A stretch of DNA of 64,000 nucleotides from a virus. Its lineage: Duplodnaviria; Caudoviricetes. The stretch's first letter is position 1; each line of letters starts with the position of its first letter. Made by a program: the position numbers and the translations under genes. The notes beneath the pieces are model-generated. The model had not been told where the DNA came from. It did no database searches and was given only the letters and a program-made list of their open reading frames with translations. Below, piece after piece: positions 1-11,533 of this stretch. The DNA is taken from positions 16,597 to 80,596 of IMG/VR virus record IMGVR_UViG_2832949849_000001. One strand, 5' to 3'.

Positions 1-147
1 GTCACCTGAATTGACCATCTCTTGCACTTGCGGCCCGTTAATCAAACGCACCACTTGAGCCACGTTGAAATTGCGCGGCTTACCGATGTGCTTGCGCCCT
101 CGGTCGGTAATGTTGTAACGGATGATTTCCGATTTGTTTTTTGCCAT
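1..147 (-). CDS. P1 Pro-like prohead processing protease, 5' part (runs off the window)
   Basis: Manual translation MAKNKSEIIRYNITDRGRKHIGKPRNFNVAQVVRLINGPQVQEMVNSGD resembles the P1 Pro-family N-terminus; lies downstream of portal as in P1; preceded by the late-promoter motif. Confidence 0.7.
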   Translation of the reverse strand, partial: MAKNKSEIIRYNITDRGRKHIGKPRNFNVAQVVRLINGPQVQEMVNSGD

Positions 148-185
148 GATGTACCCTGCCTAAAATGAAAAACCCACAAAGTGAT

Positions 186-226
186 ATTGTGGGCTAGGTT
201 TGGGTGAAGGATTTGAGGCGTTCCCT
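186..226 (-). promoter_or_regulatory. Putative late promoter AGGGAACGC-N26-CACAAT
   Basis: Same motif and spacing recur upstream of several structural operons. Confidence 0.7.
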
Positions 227-340
227 GAATCTAGAAAAAGAACTTTAACTAAAAAAAATTGTCTCACTCCTGCTATGAATAATGGCAATGTCAAGTAATA
301 TTATTGCTTTTAAACACCATAATGTGTACGATGTATTTTA

Positions 341-1191
341 GGATCTGTTGAACATTCATAATTTCAACCAAATCAAGCCACAAGCAAGTGCTACGGTGCT
401 AATGTAACTGTTTAGCAGCTTATCGTAGCGACTGGACAATGCTCGGTAATGTTTTAAATTGGCAAAAGTGTTTTCAACCACATGCCGAGCCTGGTAAATC
501 AACCAATCCATATGTGAGTTACTGGTTCTGGCATTTTTCTTCCGTGGAATATTGGCACGTACTACCTTTGAATAAGCCAAATTCCTAAATTCTTCAGAGT
601 CATAACCTTTGTCTGCATTTAAAAACTCAGTATCTTTCAAGTCCAAAAGCTGCAGCAACATCGGTGCTATTTTAATATCATGAGTAATGCCATCGCCCAC
701 AAGAAACTCAAGCGGATTACCATGTGCATCAACTGCCAAATGAATTTTTGAACTGTTGCCGCCAATACTTTTGGCGATACTTTGATCGCCACCACCTACG
801 GCCCCAGCACTGCTCTGATGTGCTCGAATATGAGTCGCATCAATTGAAACCCATTCCGTATCAGCGCTTTGAATCAACCTTTTGAATAATTTATAAAATA
901 AACCTGTTGCCGACCACCTACGAAATGCTTTGAATACAGTATTGGCCTTTCCATAACAACTGGGCAAATATCGCCATTGGCAACCCGTTTTGAGGCGATA
1001 AATGATTCCTAAAAAAGTCTTTTTCAAACTGGGTTTGTCATAAACATTCAAATCTAGGAGAATGGACTTTAGCTTCTGCCATTGTTCTTCTGTGATGATG
1101 GTTGCAAGCATGGATAGAGGGCGATTAAAAGTTGTTTGGCGATAATATTTTAACGTCCTCTATCCTATCCATCCAAATGTTCAACAGACCC
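341..1191 (-). mobile_element. IS5-family (IS427-like) insertion sequence, 851 bp
   Basis: TIRs GGATCTGTTGAACATT / AATGTTCAACAGACCC flanked by TA on both sides; contains a transposase ORF. Confidence 0.9.
356..1111 (-). CDS. IS5-family DDE transposase
   Basis: Motifs TGCQWRYLP, SIDATHIRAH, KIHLAVDAHG, ADKGYDS, RHVVENTF. Confidence 0.93.
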   Translation of the reverse strand: MLATIITEEQWQKLKSILLDLNVYDKPSLKKTFLGIIYRLKTGCQWRYLPSCYGKANTVFKAFRRWSATGLFYKLFKRLIQSADTEWVSIDATHIRAHQSSAGAVGGGDQSIAKSIGGNSSKIHLAVDAHGNPLEFLVGDGITHDIKIAPMLLQLLDLKDTEFLNADKGYDSEEFRNLAYSKVVRANIPRKKNARTSNSHMDWLIYQARHVVENTFANLKHYRALSSRYDKLLNSYISTVALACGLIWLKL

Positions 1192-1251
1192 TAAATTGAT
1201 GATTATCAATGGCCATATGAAGGTGATGGAGTGTGAATAAAAAAGGACTGA

Positions 1252-1455
1252 TTGGATTTGGATTGCAATAGGAGCATCAGTACCGTGTTTGAATTTTTTA
1301 AAGATTTTTTATTGAATTTGGTTATTGAATTGTTTTTGTTGTATCTTTATTGGTTACATAAGGATGCTTACATTGGTTATTACGAAGATCAAATTCGTTT
1401 TTGGGTGGTTCCGGTTGCTTTGGGTTTTACCGTATTGGAATATTTGTTTTGGTAA
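1252..1455 (+). CDS. Small hydrophobic hypothetical protein (low-GC cargo, start uncertain)
   Basis: 67-aa ORF with two hydrophobic stretches. Confidence 0.3.
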   Translation: MDLDCNRSISTVFEFFKDFLLNLVIELFLLYLYWLHKDAYIGYYEDQIRFWVVPVALGFTVLEYLFW

Positions 1456-1806
1456 AAATTGATTCATTGAATCAGAGGTTTGAATCAAAATATATTTGCT
1501 AGCAAAAAATCCATTAAAATTGTAAGACACACACTGTGGTCATCATTCAATCATCGTTAATCAAGAATTTTTAAAAAAGCAGTTTAAAATCACATCAGTG
1601 TAACTAATTGGATAGTCCGATAAACATCCAATGGGCGTCCTGTAAAAATATCCAGCAGTAAAATCAAGATGTGATCGATTATCAATGATTAAAAGTTTGG
1701 TTTTCGGCAGCGCGATGCTGATTAGAATTTCAATTTGAGATTAAAAACATAATGTAATATTTGCATTACATTATCGGTTAAAGTCGAAAAAATGATTTTA
1801 AATTGA

Positions 1807-2076
1807 ATGACCAAGTTAGGTTATGAGATGGTTGCTTTACACCATTTTTCCCCAAATAATGAAAAGCTGCAATCTTATACAATTAAGGTAGATTCTCATT
1901 GTTTTGAAGAATTACTTCTCTTAATTGAACGTTGGCATCCAACGAAAAAGTCATTAATTAAAAATGAACGTAATAATGGCACCATACCAGAACTTTATAC
2001 CGTAGTAGATTTCAAAAACCTACCCCTTAATTGCATCACAGGGATATCAGTATTAACTATTAATATCCCTATTTAG
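1807..2076 (+). CDS. Hypothetical protein (low-GC cargo)
   Basis: 89-aa ATG ORF in AT-rich DNA. Confidence 0.35.
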   Translation: MTKLGYEMVALHHFSPNNEKLQSYTIKVDSHCFEELLLLIERWHPTKKSLIKNERNNGTIPELYTVVDFKNLPLNCITGISVLTINIPI

Positions 2077-2086
2077 CTTTTTTAAT

Positions 2087-3583
2087 TTACTCCGTTTCAC
2101 CCTTATCTAAATTATTAGCCAATGCCTGTGCATACATCAGTGCATCATCTTCATCCATGTTCATTTGACGGCGCATGAAGTTGCTTGAAGCCTTTTCATC
2201 AAAGCCCACGTCTTTCAATTGGGTGAACGCTTGCAAAACGGTCGAAGCGGCAACCGAGCGACGCTCTTGCGTGTCTTGCTTTTCTTTCTCTAATGCCGAC
2301 TGAGCACCAATAAAGGTGATTTCATAAGGGCGTTTTTTAAACACGCCGCCATATTTCAATTGACAATGCACATCGATGATGTGGTTCACAAAGTTGGTAA
2401 AGCCTTGTCTGATCATGATGGCACGCTGTGCGCTTTGGGCTGAAACACGGTAAAACCCACCCTCACCCAAACCACCTGATAAGATTTCTGAAAATCCCAA
2501 CATCGACAAATCATGACCCAATACCGCCGCCAGCATTTTGGCGTAAAACATCACGTCTTCGGTGCTGTAACCAATGGCATTGCCTGCCCCTGACATGGCC
2601 CCGTTGTCCACCGACATCATTTGTTTGTCGCTGTGCACCGGCAATATGTGCATGATTTTTTCAGTGATGGACGGTTGTTTTTGATGGCAGAGGCCACGCG
2701 CGCTTTAGATGTTTGCAAAATGCCCAATACATTGTTGTACATCTCTTTTGTTGGTCTTCGGTCATGCCATCCATGTTGATGGTGACCAAGGCTTCACGCA
2801 CCGCATCCAAGATGCGACTGGACGACAAACCCATCAAGGCATTTTGCAGCAAAAAGAATGGGCGTTCAGCGTCCTGTAAAAATGAGCCACCAATGGTATC
2901 GGGCAAAGGCTTGTGGTTTTCCCAATCATCGTTGAGCAAATTGGCCTGCCAAGCGTTGTAAAGCATTCGTTGCTGTGGCACAAAGCCCATGCGCGGCATT
3001 TTAAATCGTGCCAACTGCATATTGGTCAAAGCAGCATCTTTACTGCCTTCCAATGACAATACATAGCCTGCATCCACACCAGCACACACCATCGGCTGCA
3101 CCAAAGGCGGTAACAACACGTCATCAATGTGGATTTCTGAACGCCCTTGCCTTCTTTACCATAGATGCGCGCATAAGCGTCGCCATAACCGGTGGCCAAA
3201 TAACTCAATTGGTAAGCAGAATGGTTGATTTGTTCGGTCAGAATGTCTTGCAGCTCTTCAATGATTTTCAATTCTGCAGGTGTGGTATCGGCATTGGCTT
3301 CGATGAAAAATACCTCACTGGTTGTTTCATGCGCACCTAGTGATTGGGTGACATGTAAATTCAAAGCCGTAGCAATGATAGGATCCCCCATCATGTAAGC
3401 ATAAGATTGGTAAATATCGAAGCGTTGCCGTGCTGGATTTTGAGAAGCAGCCAACACCTGACTGATAGACACCGCATCAATGCCCATGGCACTGAGGCTG
3501 GCTGATTGCTCGATGTCGTTAGCAGTGGTGTTTAAGAACGGCAAGCCTTGGCTGTCAAGGATGGTGGATTGTTTGCTTGGCAT
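2087..3583 (-). CDS. P1 Prt-like portal protein, split by two frameshifts
   Basis: ORFs 3026-3595, 2661-3119 and 2087-2653 join into about 500 aa with MMGDPIIATALNLHVTQSLG, GYGDAYARIY and SGGLGEGGFYRVSAQ motifs. Confidence 0.8.
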
Positions 3584-3608
3584 AGAAAACCCCAATTTAA
3601 TTGAGGTT

Positions 3609-3649
3609 ATTATGCTGTGACTTAGCGTGGCTGATTTAGAGCGTTCCCT
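3609..3649 (-). promoter_or_regulatory. Putative late promoter AGGGAACGC-N26-CATAAT
   Basis: Conserved motif and spacing directly upstream of the portal gene. Confidence 0.7.
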
Positions 3650-3656
3650 ATACTGT

Positions 3657-4854
3657 TTATTTGATGAGCTGAATCACCAGGCGCGTATAGGTTTCCGCAT
3701 AAATCTGAATCATATCACCGGCTTTAAACACTCGATTGACTTCAGCCTCATGGTAAAAAAACTCATCCCATTGTTCTGACGTTGTTCCCATGAATTTGGA
3801 TACATCTTGTACGGTGGTGTAATTATTGTCTATTGTGGCACCATCTCGCGTATTGAGCTTGTATTGCATCAACATCCGTTTAACCACACCTTGCGAAGTT
3901 TCGCCATTGTTGGCATTGCGAACATAGCGACCTGACATCCGAATCAATATCTTGCTGCAGTCAGCCTTAACCACAAAAGTTTGTGGCTGTGGTACTCCCA
4001 ATTGATTGTTCGTAATGTTGTAAATACCTTGGTGAATCACAAATCCAGCGGGCAATACATTGGCCAACAATGCGGCCACTTGTTTGGGTGTCATGGCCAC
4101 AGCTTCATTGTCAGCATCTTTAGCCTCTGCAGTATTGGCTAATTTGACCACACCTTTTGTGTGGTTGTGGCATCCACAATGCCATCAATCCCACCAATAG
4201 CCGCCTCAATCGCATCCACCATACAGGCTGGTGTAATGGCCACTGATTCATTATCACGATCCCGTGATTCAGCCAATGTGGCCAATTTAACAATGCCTTT
4301 CACCTCAGTGGTGGCCACATCAATTTTATGGGTATGCAAGCCGTTGTAAACTGTGTTTTCGGTTTCTTCATTAATGGTATCAGGATGGTTGTGGGCATCC
4401 TTGTCTGCAATGTGTTCATCTAAGTATTGCATGGTAATTGCTGATTCATCATCTGCCGATACCGTGATATTGATATTTTGGTCGTCAATCAACCCCAATT
4501 TCAAATAATAATTGAGCATGGTTTTTTCTTACCAAAAATCTCATCGATGACTGAGTTATCTTCACGGCGAACTTGGGCAAACACAACATTACTGGTCTTG
4601 TCGATTAAATCAATACGGTACAAATCAAAAGTGGCTTCATTGGCCACGCCTATCATCACGCTCACACGAACAGTACCATCGCTCAAACGATAGCCTGTGG
4701 TTGGATAAGTGCCACGCAATACACCAGTACCATCATAAACCTTAGCTTGGTAAATTTGGATTTGGAAACCATTGCGATCAGGCGGATTGCTTGATGCAGC
4801 CAGCAAACCGGCATGGGTAATACGAACTACAATGTCAGCAGCGATATTGCTCAT
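3657..4854 (-). CDS. Tail fibre protein, split by two frameshifts
   Basis: Fibre repeats ATTEVKGIVKLATLAE and ATTTQK(GV)VKLANTAEA; N-terminal ITHAGL motif; three abutting ORFs. Confidence 0.75.
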
Positions 4855-4866
4855 AATGTTTCCTTT

Positions 4867-5454
4867 TTAATAATATTTTTTCACTTTGACATTGATGAAA
4901 CCAAGCCGGTAATTTCTCATCATGCCCATTTGTACAATCGCATCAAATACACCCAATTGATGCTCGGTTTGAAAACGCTCACGCTGATTCCTGACATACA
5001 CCATTCCATCCCTAACATACGCAAAAATCACATCCGCATTGGCGTTTTGATTGGGTCTAATATCATCCAAGGCCAGCATTGGTGATAAAACTGTGCCATA
5101 CGGTGTGGTAACAGCTGCATTGACCGTACTGTCATACCAATATAAATAAGATTGGCCATTGAGTAATTTGTAAGCAATATATGGATTCATATTCAAGTCA
5201 AATGCAAAACTCAATTGCTCCACATTGGCCACAGTCAAAATTTCATGCGAACCCAATTGATTGGAAAGAATGATTTTGTTGTCTACATATGAACTGGACC
5301 ACAGATAACCATCGCGGCCTTGCGACAAGTCACGAATGCCCACGCCGCCCCACTCATAATCAACCAGTGGGTACATGCGTGTAGGTGTTAAAAATTCATC
5401 AGCAATGGGCGTGCTAGAGAGCTGATTGTTGGGAATCATGTTTTGCGCCCCCAA
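4867..5454 (-). CDS. Putative tail/baseplate-associated protein
   Basis: 195-aa ORF in the tail operon, coupled to its neighbours. Confidence 0.6.
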   Translation of the reverse strand: MGAQNMIPNNQLSSTPIADEFLTPTRMYPLVDYEWGGVGIRDLSQGRDGYLWSSSYVDNKIILSNQLGSHEILTVANVEQLSFAFDLNMNPYIAYKLLNGQSYLYWYDSTVNAAVTTPYGTVLSPMLALDDIRPNQNANADVIFAYVRDGMVYVRNQRERFQTEHQLGVFDAIVQMGMMRNYRLGFINVKVKKYY

Positions 5455-6365
5455 GATACAACATACTTGAATGTCATCGTTTGGGTACTGGTTTTAGACA
5501 AAGCCACATCAAAACCGATTTGGTACAAGCCCAAAGGCGTATAAATCAAAAATGATGACAAACTGCTATTGCCTTGGGCCACCGGCAAAGATACCGTGTG
5601 CACCACTTGAAAAGAACCGCCAACATACGCTGCCATGGTATGGGTAATGGCAGTCGTACTCGACACCCATCGGTTTGTACCGCTTGGAATGTATTCAGCC
5701 GCACCCATCGCGCCGCTATAAGCCGCCAACATATTGCCTGAAGTACTCACTGTCGCTCGCATTGAAGTGCCAATTTTGTAACTTGCGGCTTGGTTGACAT
5801 TAGCTGGCCTAATCGTGTAATTGACTGTTTGCGACACTTGATCGCGATTCATAATGTTGATGCTGCCTGTTTGGTCGGTAGCGTTCGGATAAACACGAAT
5901 CTCTACTGTGACATCCAAATACTCATCTGCAAGCATGGTGATTGAAGTCGGATTGCCTTGTGCATCGGTAATCAATGCACGATTGATAATTGCCGATGAT
6001 GTGTTGCCTGACAAAATACCTACTTCGGACAAAATGGTGTTATTGAAGACACCAGCGGCAAAGCGAAAGGTTTTGCGTGAAAAGCCATAATAAGGTACTT
6101 CGCTTGATACGCCATTAACAGTGCTGCCCTGCTGCGTTGTAGATGCCGCAAAACGAGCATCTAAATCGGTTTGCGTTACCACTGGCGTACTGTTTCCTGT
6201 ACCCAAAGCAACACCCCCAAACCAACTACCAGCCGCCATTAAATCCAAACCGCTGTTTAAGACAATATTGTCCATCCAGTCGGTTTCTTGAGTGACTTCA
6301 TGTGTAACAGTGTTGCGCTTGGTGAATTGAAAACGCCCCTGCACACCTATCGCAATATTCATCAT
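5436..6365 (-). CDS. Putative tail-associated protein, paralogue B
   Basis: 309 aa, beta/Thr/Ser-rich; GTGNSTPVVTQTDLD motif shared with the upstream gene. Confidence 0.65.
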   Translation of the reverse strand: MMNIAIGVQGRFQFTKRNTVTHEVTQETDWMDNIVLNSGLDLMAAGSWFGGVALGTGNSTPVVTQTDLDARFAASTTQQGSTVNGVSSEVPYYGFSRKTFRFAAGVFNNTILSEVGILSGNTSSAIINRALITDAQGNPTSITMLADEYLDVTVEIRVYPNATDQTGSINIMNRDQVSQTVNYTIRPANVNQAASYKIGTSMRATVSTSGNMLAAYSGAMGAAEYIPSGTNRWVSSTTAITHTMAAYVGGSFQVVHTVSLPVAQGNSSLSSFLIYTPLGLYQIGFDVALSKTSTQTMTFKYVVSWGRKT

Positions 6366-7318
6366 TCAACCACCCCTGTATATCTGCCCCAAGACACTGA
6401 AAAGAAAATAGTAAATATTTCATCAGCCGTTTTTGGATGGTCTCGTCTAATTGAAATTGAAATGCAATCATATAAGTTTCAAGTAAAAATGATTTTATTG
6501 CAGCGGCATTGCCAAGACTCAAAGGCACAACAATACGGAATCTAGCTGAATAACTATCATTAACATAAGAAAGATAGGTTTTACTTACGCTGGTATTAGA
6601 AGTCGAAAATATCGTACTACCGCTTGGATAACCCGTAAAATATTTGTAGACATTGAATTTGGATATGCTTGTAGGCCAAAGCCGTTACCACTTGAAAAAC
6701 CACTTGATAGTGAATAAAAATAGATGTATTGATTTTAGATGGCAAACACTGATATGAATGAGAGCGAATCAAATGATTATTTTTATCTGTTAAATTAAAG
6801 CTTCCTGTTGTTGGTGTTTTTGACACATACATTCTCAATTCGACTTTAACATCAAGATATTCATCAGATTTGATTTGAATAGATGACGGTTGACCATTGG
6901 CATCTAAAATCAATGCACGATTGAAAAGCAATGCGCCTGTTTCATTCGTTGTAATACCAACCTCTGTTAAAACTTGGTCGTTAAAAACCCCAGCATTGAA
7001 ACGAAATTGCTTAATTAATGACGCATACGGTACATCAGCATCAATAATGGTTTTAATATCACTACCTACTGCGGTTGTAGTGGCCGCAAAACGGGAATCT
7101 AAATCGGTTTGCGTCACCACTGGCGTGCTGTTACCTGTGCCTACCGCCACACCAGAAAAAATATTTTTATTAAAAGCCAAATTCAAACCTTGGTTTAAGA
7201 CAATGTTGTTAAACCAGTCGGTTTGCTTAACCAGCTCACCAGTGCTTTGCTTATACACTTCCAATTTAAAACGTCCGCACATTTCAACTTTGGCTGAGAA
7301 CTCAGGAATTGATGACAT
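6366..7318 (-). CDS. Putative tail-associated protein, paralogue A (frameshifted)
   Basis: N-terminal ~165 aa clearly homologous to 5436-6365; C-terminus ending ...SVSWGRYTGVVE is recovered across frameshifts. Confidence 0.6.
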
Positions 7319-7330
7319 ATATCATCCTTT

Positions 7331-8365
7331 CTAATCATCTATATGAAATTCTTGTATTAAGATGCTGCAACTTAATGCCTCGCTCTGAGCATCATTGGTA
7401 ATCAAAACATTTTAAGTTGCGCACTTTCAATGGCAGCGTTGCTTGTAATGGCTTCTATTGGTGCTTCTTGATTAACCAACACATTTTAAGCTGTGCGCTT
7501 TGAATGATGGCGCTGCTTGTAATGGCTTCTATTGACGCTTCTTGACTGACCAACACATTTTAAGCTGTGCGCTTTCAATGATGGCGCTACTTGTAATGGC
7601 TTCAGGCTCTATATTGTCCAGCGCCACCATCACATTTTTAATCTCAATCGATTGAATACTCACACTGGTTTGTAGCGCTTCAAATTCATCAGTTGGATAA
7701 GGTTTAGATGTCAGATACACAGCCTCTTCAACCTCAAACTTAACCACGGTTTCCCTGGTCACTGAAAGAAGTCGCTGTGTTGACCTATATTCACACCGCC
7801 ATTCACATCACGGCGCACCACAATGTCATGAATGAATAAACGTGCTGGCAAAGTGTCGTCTAATGAATTGGCAACATCGCTAGGGATTGCATCAACTGGC
7901 GTTAAGTCAGGACTCAATTCAATGCGAACCCGTGACGTTAAAACAAAATCTTCTGCTGACCGCCCCATTTCTTCAATGTCCGTCGGTGAAAACAAAGAAG
8001 CGTCCTGAGCGTAAACCCATCTTTAACAAATACAGCTGATACGCCTTGTAATCGTCTCGCCAAAGCGCACGTAAATAGGTATTGAGTAAATGCAAGCCTC
8101 GTTTGCCATTGCGATAACGACGTGCCATGTGCAAATATTTCAGGACGCTTAAATCAACATTCTCTGCTTCAAAATTACCGATACCATCAGCAACCAAGCT
8201 TTTTTGAAGCAAATCACGGTTGCCCAAGTAAGGCGTACCATAAACATTGATGTTTTGTGCCGCATCTGCCAAATGCGTTTGATACAAAGCCACAAACACT
8301 TGCTTGAGTTCGGTTTCAAAAGCATCGTGTTCATGCGATTGTTGTAAGGGAATCAGCGCTTTCAT
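7331..8365 (-). CDS. Baseplate wedge protein (P1 gp16-like position) with C-terminal 25-aa repeats; frameshifted
   Basis: RNGKRGLHLLNTYLRALW and LTSRVRIEL segments; directly downstream of the BplA-like gene. Confidence 0.55.
7407..7604 (-). repeat. Three tandem ~74-bp coding repeats (EAITSSAIIESAQLKNVLV-like)
   Basis: ACATTTTAAG(C/T)TG(T/C)GC.CTTT.AATG..GCG...CTTGTAATGGCTTC at 7407, 7481 and 7555. Confidence 0.85.
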
Positions 8366-8367
8366 GG

Positions 8368-9777
8368 CTAGATCGGTGTATTAGTGATGCTGATGGATGC
8401 AGCACTCACATATTGAAATACTTCAGGCAAGTGATTTTGTGGCTGCTCAATCACCATAGACAAATCACTACCTCCATCAGCAAATTGGGCAATCGCTTTG
8501 GTCAATTCACGCACCGTATTGCGGTTGTTAATACGTTGCCCACCTCGTTTTGCCCACAAGGAATCGCGCCCGTATTGATTCAACAACCACAATTTGATTT
8601 GTTGGCTGACATCGCCCTCGTCATACATGGATTTCAACTGCAAAGCCACTTGAATGTGAATGGCTTGTTCTACCGCAGGGACAAACACCAATTGGTAACT
8701 GTCATCCGCCATAAATACGGTATTTTTGATTTGGGTTTGCATCGCAGTGGTATTGATGCCTGACTTGATGAAAGAAACAAACAACTTGTTGATGTTGTTT
8801 ACATTGGCACCACGAGCTTGCTCTTCCCGAATCTCATTCCATACCGATAAAAAGACAAAAGGACTGTGTTTGCGCTCAATCAGAGCTTGAAATTCGCCCA
8901 GATACACCGCGTTTTCATCGTAAATCGACGGATAACGAGTGATTTCACGCAATTCAGTGATATTGGGCGCATCAGAACCGGCCTGAATTTGACTGTCGGC
9001 ATAAATGCTCAAATATTCTTCACCAGCTTGTACATATTCCAAACTCAACTCTGAATCTTGTTTGAGCACCACATCGCCATGGGTGTAACGCAATGTGACT
9101 TTGATTTGTTCACCGACTTGCGGTACATAACCAAACTTGTCTTTTAAGCCAAAAGTGACAAATAAATCCATGATTTCATTGCCGTGCAAATGCCAGACTT
9201 TTTGACCTTTCAACACATTACTAAAGCGCTCTACATGCTCAAACAAAGCACCAGCAACATCGTTTACTTGCACATTCAGTAAAAATTGATTGTCAGCCGG
9301 TTGTGGCAAGGCAATTTGGTAAAAGGATTCATATTCAGTGACGGTGTGAACAAAGTGCATTTCATCCAATTGCTCGGCTTCAACATAAGCTTGGCCCTTG
9401 GCAGGCACCACCACACCATCGGTTACCATCCAAGTGCGGTTGCGATTGTCCAATAAGCGGCGCCCTGCATGGATTGTGGTAGCCATGTCTTGTGGATTGT
9501 GTATGGCAAAACGGTATTTAGAAGCGGTCCCATAAGGAAAGATTTGACGGGCGGCAGCATCGGCAAGCACCATTGAGTCCCGCGCTTTGGTCCAAAACTC
9601 AGTTTCACCCAAGCCAATTTGAGACGATAACATGGCCAGCATTTGTGCTATGGCACCGATGTGCTCGATCACAAACACATCGCCCATGGCCACACGCTCA
9701 GCCAATTCGGTATCACTGCCTACCAACATGCGCAATGCGGCTTCTTTGAAGTCTTCCTTACTGTAAACGTCGCTCAT
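8368..9777 (-). CDS. P1 BplA-like baseplate J-type protein
   Basis: 469 aa; KARDSMVLADAA, YPSIYDENAVYLGEF and LSVWNE motifs. Confidence 0.75.
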   Translation of the reverse strand: MSDVYSKEDFKEAALRMLVGSDTELAERVAMGDVFVIEHIGAIAQMLAMLSSQIGLGETEFWTKARDSMVLADAAARQIFPYGTASKYRFAIHNPQDMATTIHAGRRLLDNRNRTWMVTDGVVVPAKGQAYVEAEQLDEMHFVHTVTEYESFYQIALPQPADNQFLLNVQVNDVAGALFEHVERFSNVLKGQKVWHLHGNEIMDLFVTFGLKDKFGYVPQVGEQIKVTLRYTHGDVVLKQDSELSLEYVQAGEEYLSIYADSQIQAGSDAPNITELREITRYPSIYDENAVYLGEFQALIERKHSPFVFLSVWNEIREEQARGANVNNINKLFVSFIKSGINTTAMQTQIKNTVFMADDSYQLVFVPAVEQAIHIQVALQLKSMYDEGDVSQQIKLWLLNQYGRDSLWAKRGGQRINNRNTVRELTKAIAQFADGGSDLSMVIEQPQNHLPEVFQYVSAASISITNTPI

Positions 9778-9806
9778 AAAAAAAGCCTGAAAATGGATTC
9801 AGGCTT

Positions 9807-9847
9807 ATTATCAGGCTGTTTATAACGCTATTTTCGAGGCGTTCCCT
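9807..9847 (-). promoter_or_regulatory. Putative late promoter AGGGAACGC-N26-GATAAT overlapping a terminator hairpin
   Basis: Motif plus AAGCCTGAA/TTCAGGCTT hairpin (9783-9806) and U-tract. Confidence 0.72.
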
Positions 9848-9895
9848 AACCTATCTTTTTTAATAAAAATATTTCATGTTTTACAATGATGAGAT

Positions 9896-11003
9896 TTATT
9901 GTGACTTTAGGGTTAATACCTTTGTTTGGCGTAAACGTTGAATGGTGTGAATAAACAAAAATGCCAATAATATAATCCCAACATAACCGTTAATAACATA
10001 AATTATATTGACCAAACGATCAAATGGAATTTTCATTCCAACAAAAACACCTATTACGGTTAAAACTATTGTTAAAATTTTAAAACCAATTGACCTACCA
10101 TTAGTAAAACGAGCCGAAGCCTGCCATAACAAAGGTACTGCTGTCGTATAAATACCAGCTAAAACAATGACAGAAAATGCTGTAGCAAACATAGGATGGA
10201 TATAACCAGCTAACTTCAAAGTAGGGACCATAGAACCTGCTACCAATTCTAAATTAGCCATTAAACCCAAAGCAATAATGGCTAATGCCGCACTGAAACC
10301 TAACGCACCTAAAACTGCACCACGAGTAATTTCTTTTAAATTCTTGGCGGATGAACCCATTAAGCTCATGAAACCAGCTAACCACAACATACAGAATCCT
10401 ACATAAGAAGTGGCTGCAAAAAACCAATGACCCGACGCAGTCATCAAATTTAAACTCGGTAAAATCTCATTAACGGATACCAAGCCATCTGGATTTTGGC
10501 CATGGCAATTCCGCCTAAAATGATTGTTAATACTACAATAGCAGGACCCACTTTACCTAAAACATCGACAATTTTATCTAAGCCACAGATAACTGTTAAC
10601 GCTACGACAAAGCCCATGCCCAAGGCACCAATCCAAGGATTCAAATCATATTGTTGTGATACAGTTGCTCCAGTGCCACCAATCATTACAATAAATGACA
10701 TATAAATAAACAAAATAGAAAAATAATCGAAGAATCGACCTAGCCACCGTCCACATAAATATTCATAAATTTGACCACCATTTTCAAAGCGTTGATGATT
10801 ACCAATAATGACAAATTCACGTCCTACATAACAAAATAACACTAATACTACCAATATGCCTGAGATACCTGAATAACCGTAAGCCGTAAAATATTGCATT
10901 ACTTCTTGACCAGTAGCGAAACCTGAACCAATCAAAAAGCGATGAAGGCGCCTGCATAAGTAAGAACACGCCCCCAAGAAATATGTGTTTGCGTTTGTGT
11001 CAT
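9896..11003 (-). CDS. YkvI-like multi-pass membrane transporter (moron; frameshifted)
   Basis: IGSGFATGQE..QYF and IYTTAVPLLW motifs, about 10 TM segments, low GC; ATG at 11003. Confidence 0.75.
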
Positions 11004-11200
11004 AGATTTGCCTTAGAGTTGGGTAATGAATGGATTGGTAATCTAAAGTGTTTTAATCAATCTTGAATGTATATTTTCGACATAATATTGTCATAAATTT
11101 ATATTTATGTTGTTAATATATAACCAAAAAATTTTATTTTATAAATAATTATGTTTTTCGATAAGAATTTATGCATATTCTATAGAAATAGAAATAGAAA

Positions 11201-11533
11201 TTATCTTTTTGTATCTTTTATTGCTAAGTGATTCAAATCAAACTCCAACGCATAGCCTTGCACTTCAATCACAATGATTTTGCTGTCAAAACCATCGTTG
11301 CGGCTGTAAATATTCAAACTGTCTTCGGCAACACTGCCCAACACAGGAACGTCGGCACGCATTTTGGCAATGATTTCATCGGCCATTTGGTGGGTCATGG
11401 GCTTATGCAAATACTGGTACAAATCAATGCCGTAATTGCTGCCCAAATAAGCGTTTTGTGGTGTGTGTATCCAATGGTTGATTTGGCCCAAGATGAATTG
11501 TGCGGTAATTGATTGGCCATGGTTTACATCCAA
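11201..11533 (-). CDS. P1 PmgA-like (gp25-like) baseplate protein
   Basis: INHWIHTPQNAYLGSNYG motif; upstream of bplA as in P1. Confidence 0.65.
   Translation of the reverse strand: MDVNHGQSITAQFILGQINHWIHTPQNAYLGSNYGIDLYQYLHKPMTHQMADEIIAKMRADVPVLGSVAEDSLNIYSRNDGFDSKIIVIEVQGYALEFDLNHLAIKDTKR

Noticed and set aside
7407-7604. 74-bp repeats as CRISPR or DGR repeats
   Set aside because: They are coding tandem repeats; no reverse transcriptase or adenine-specific variation
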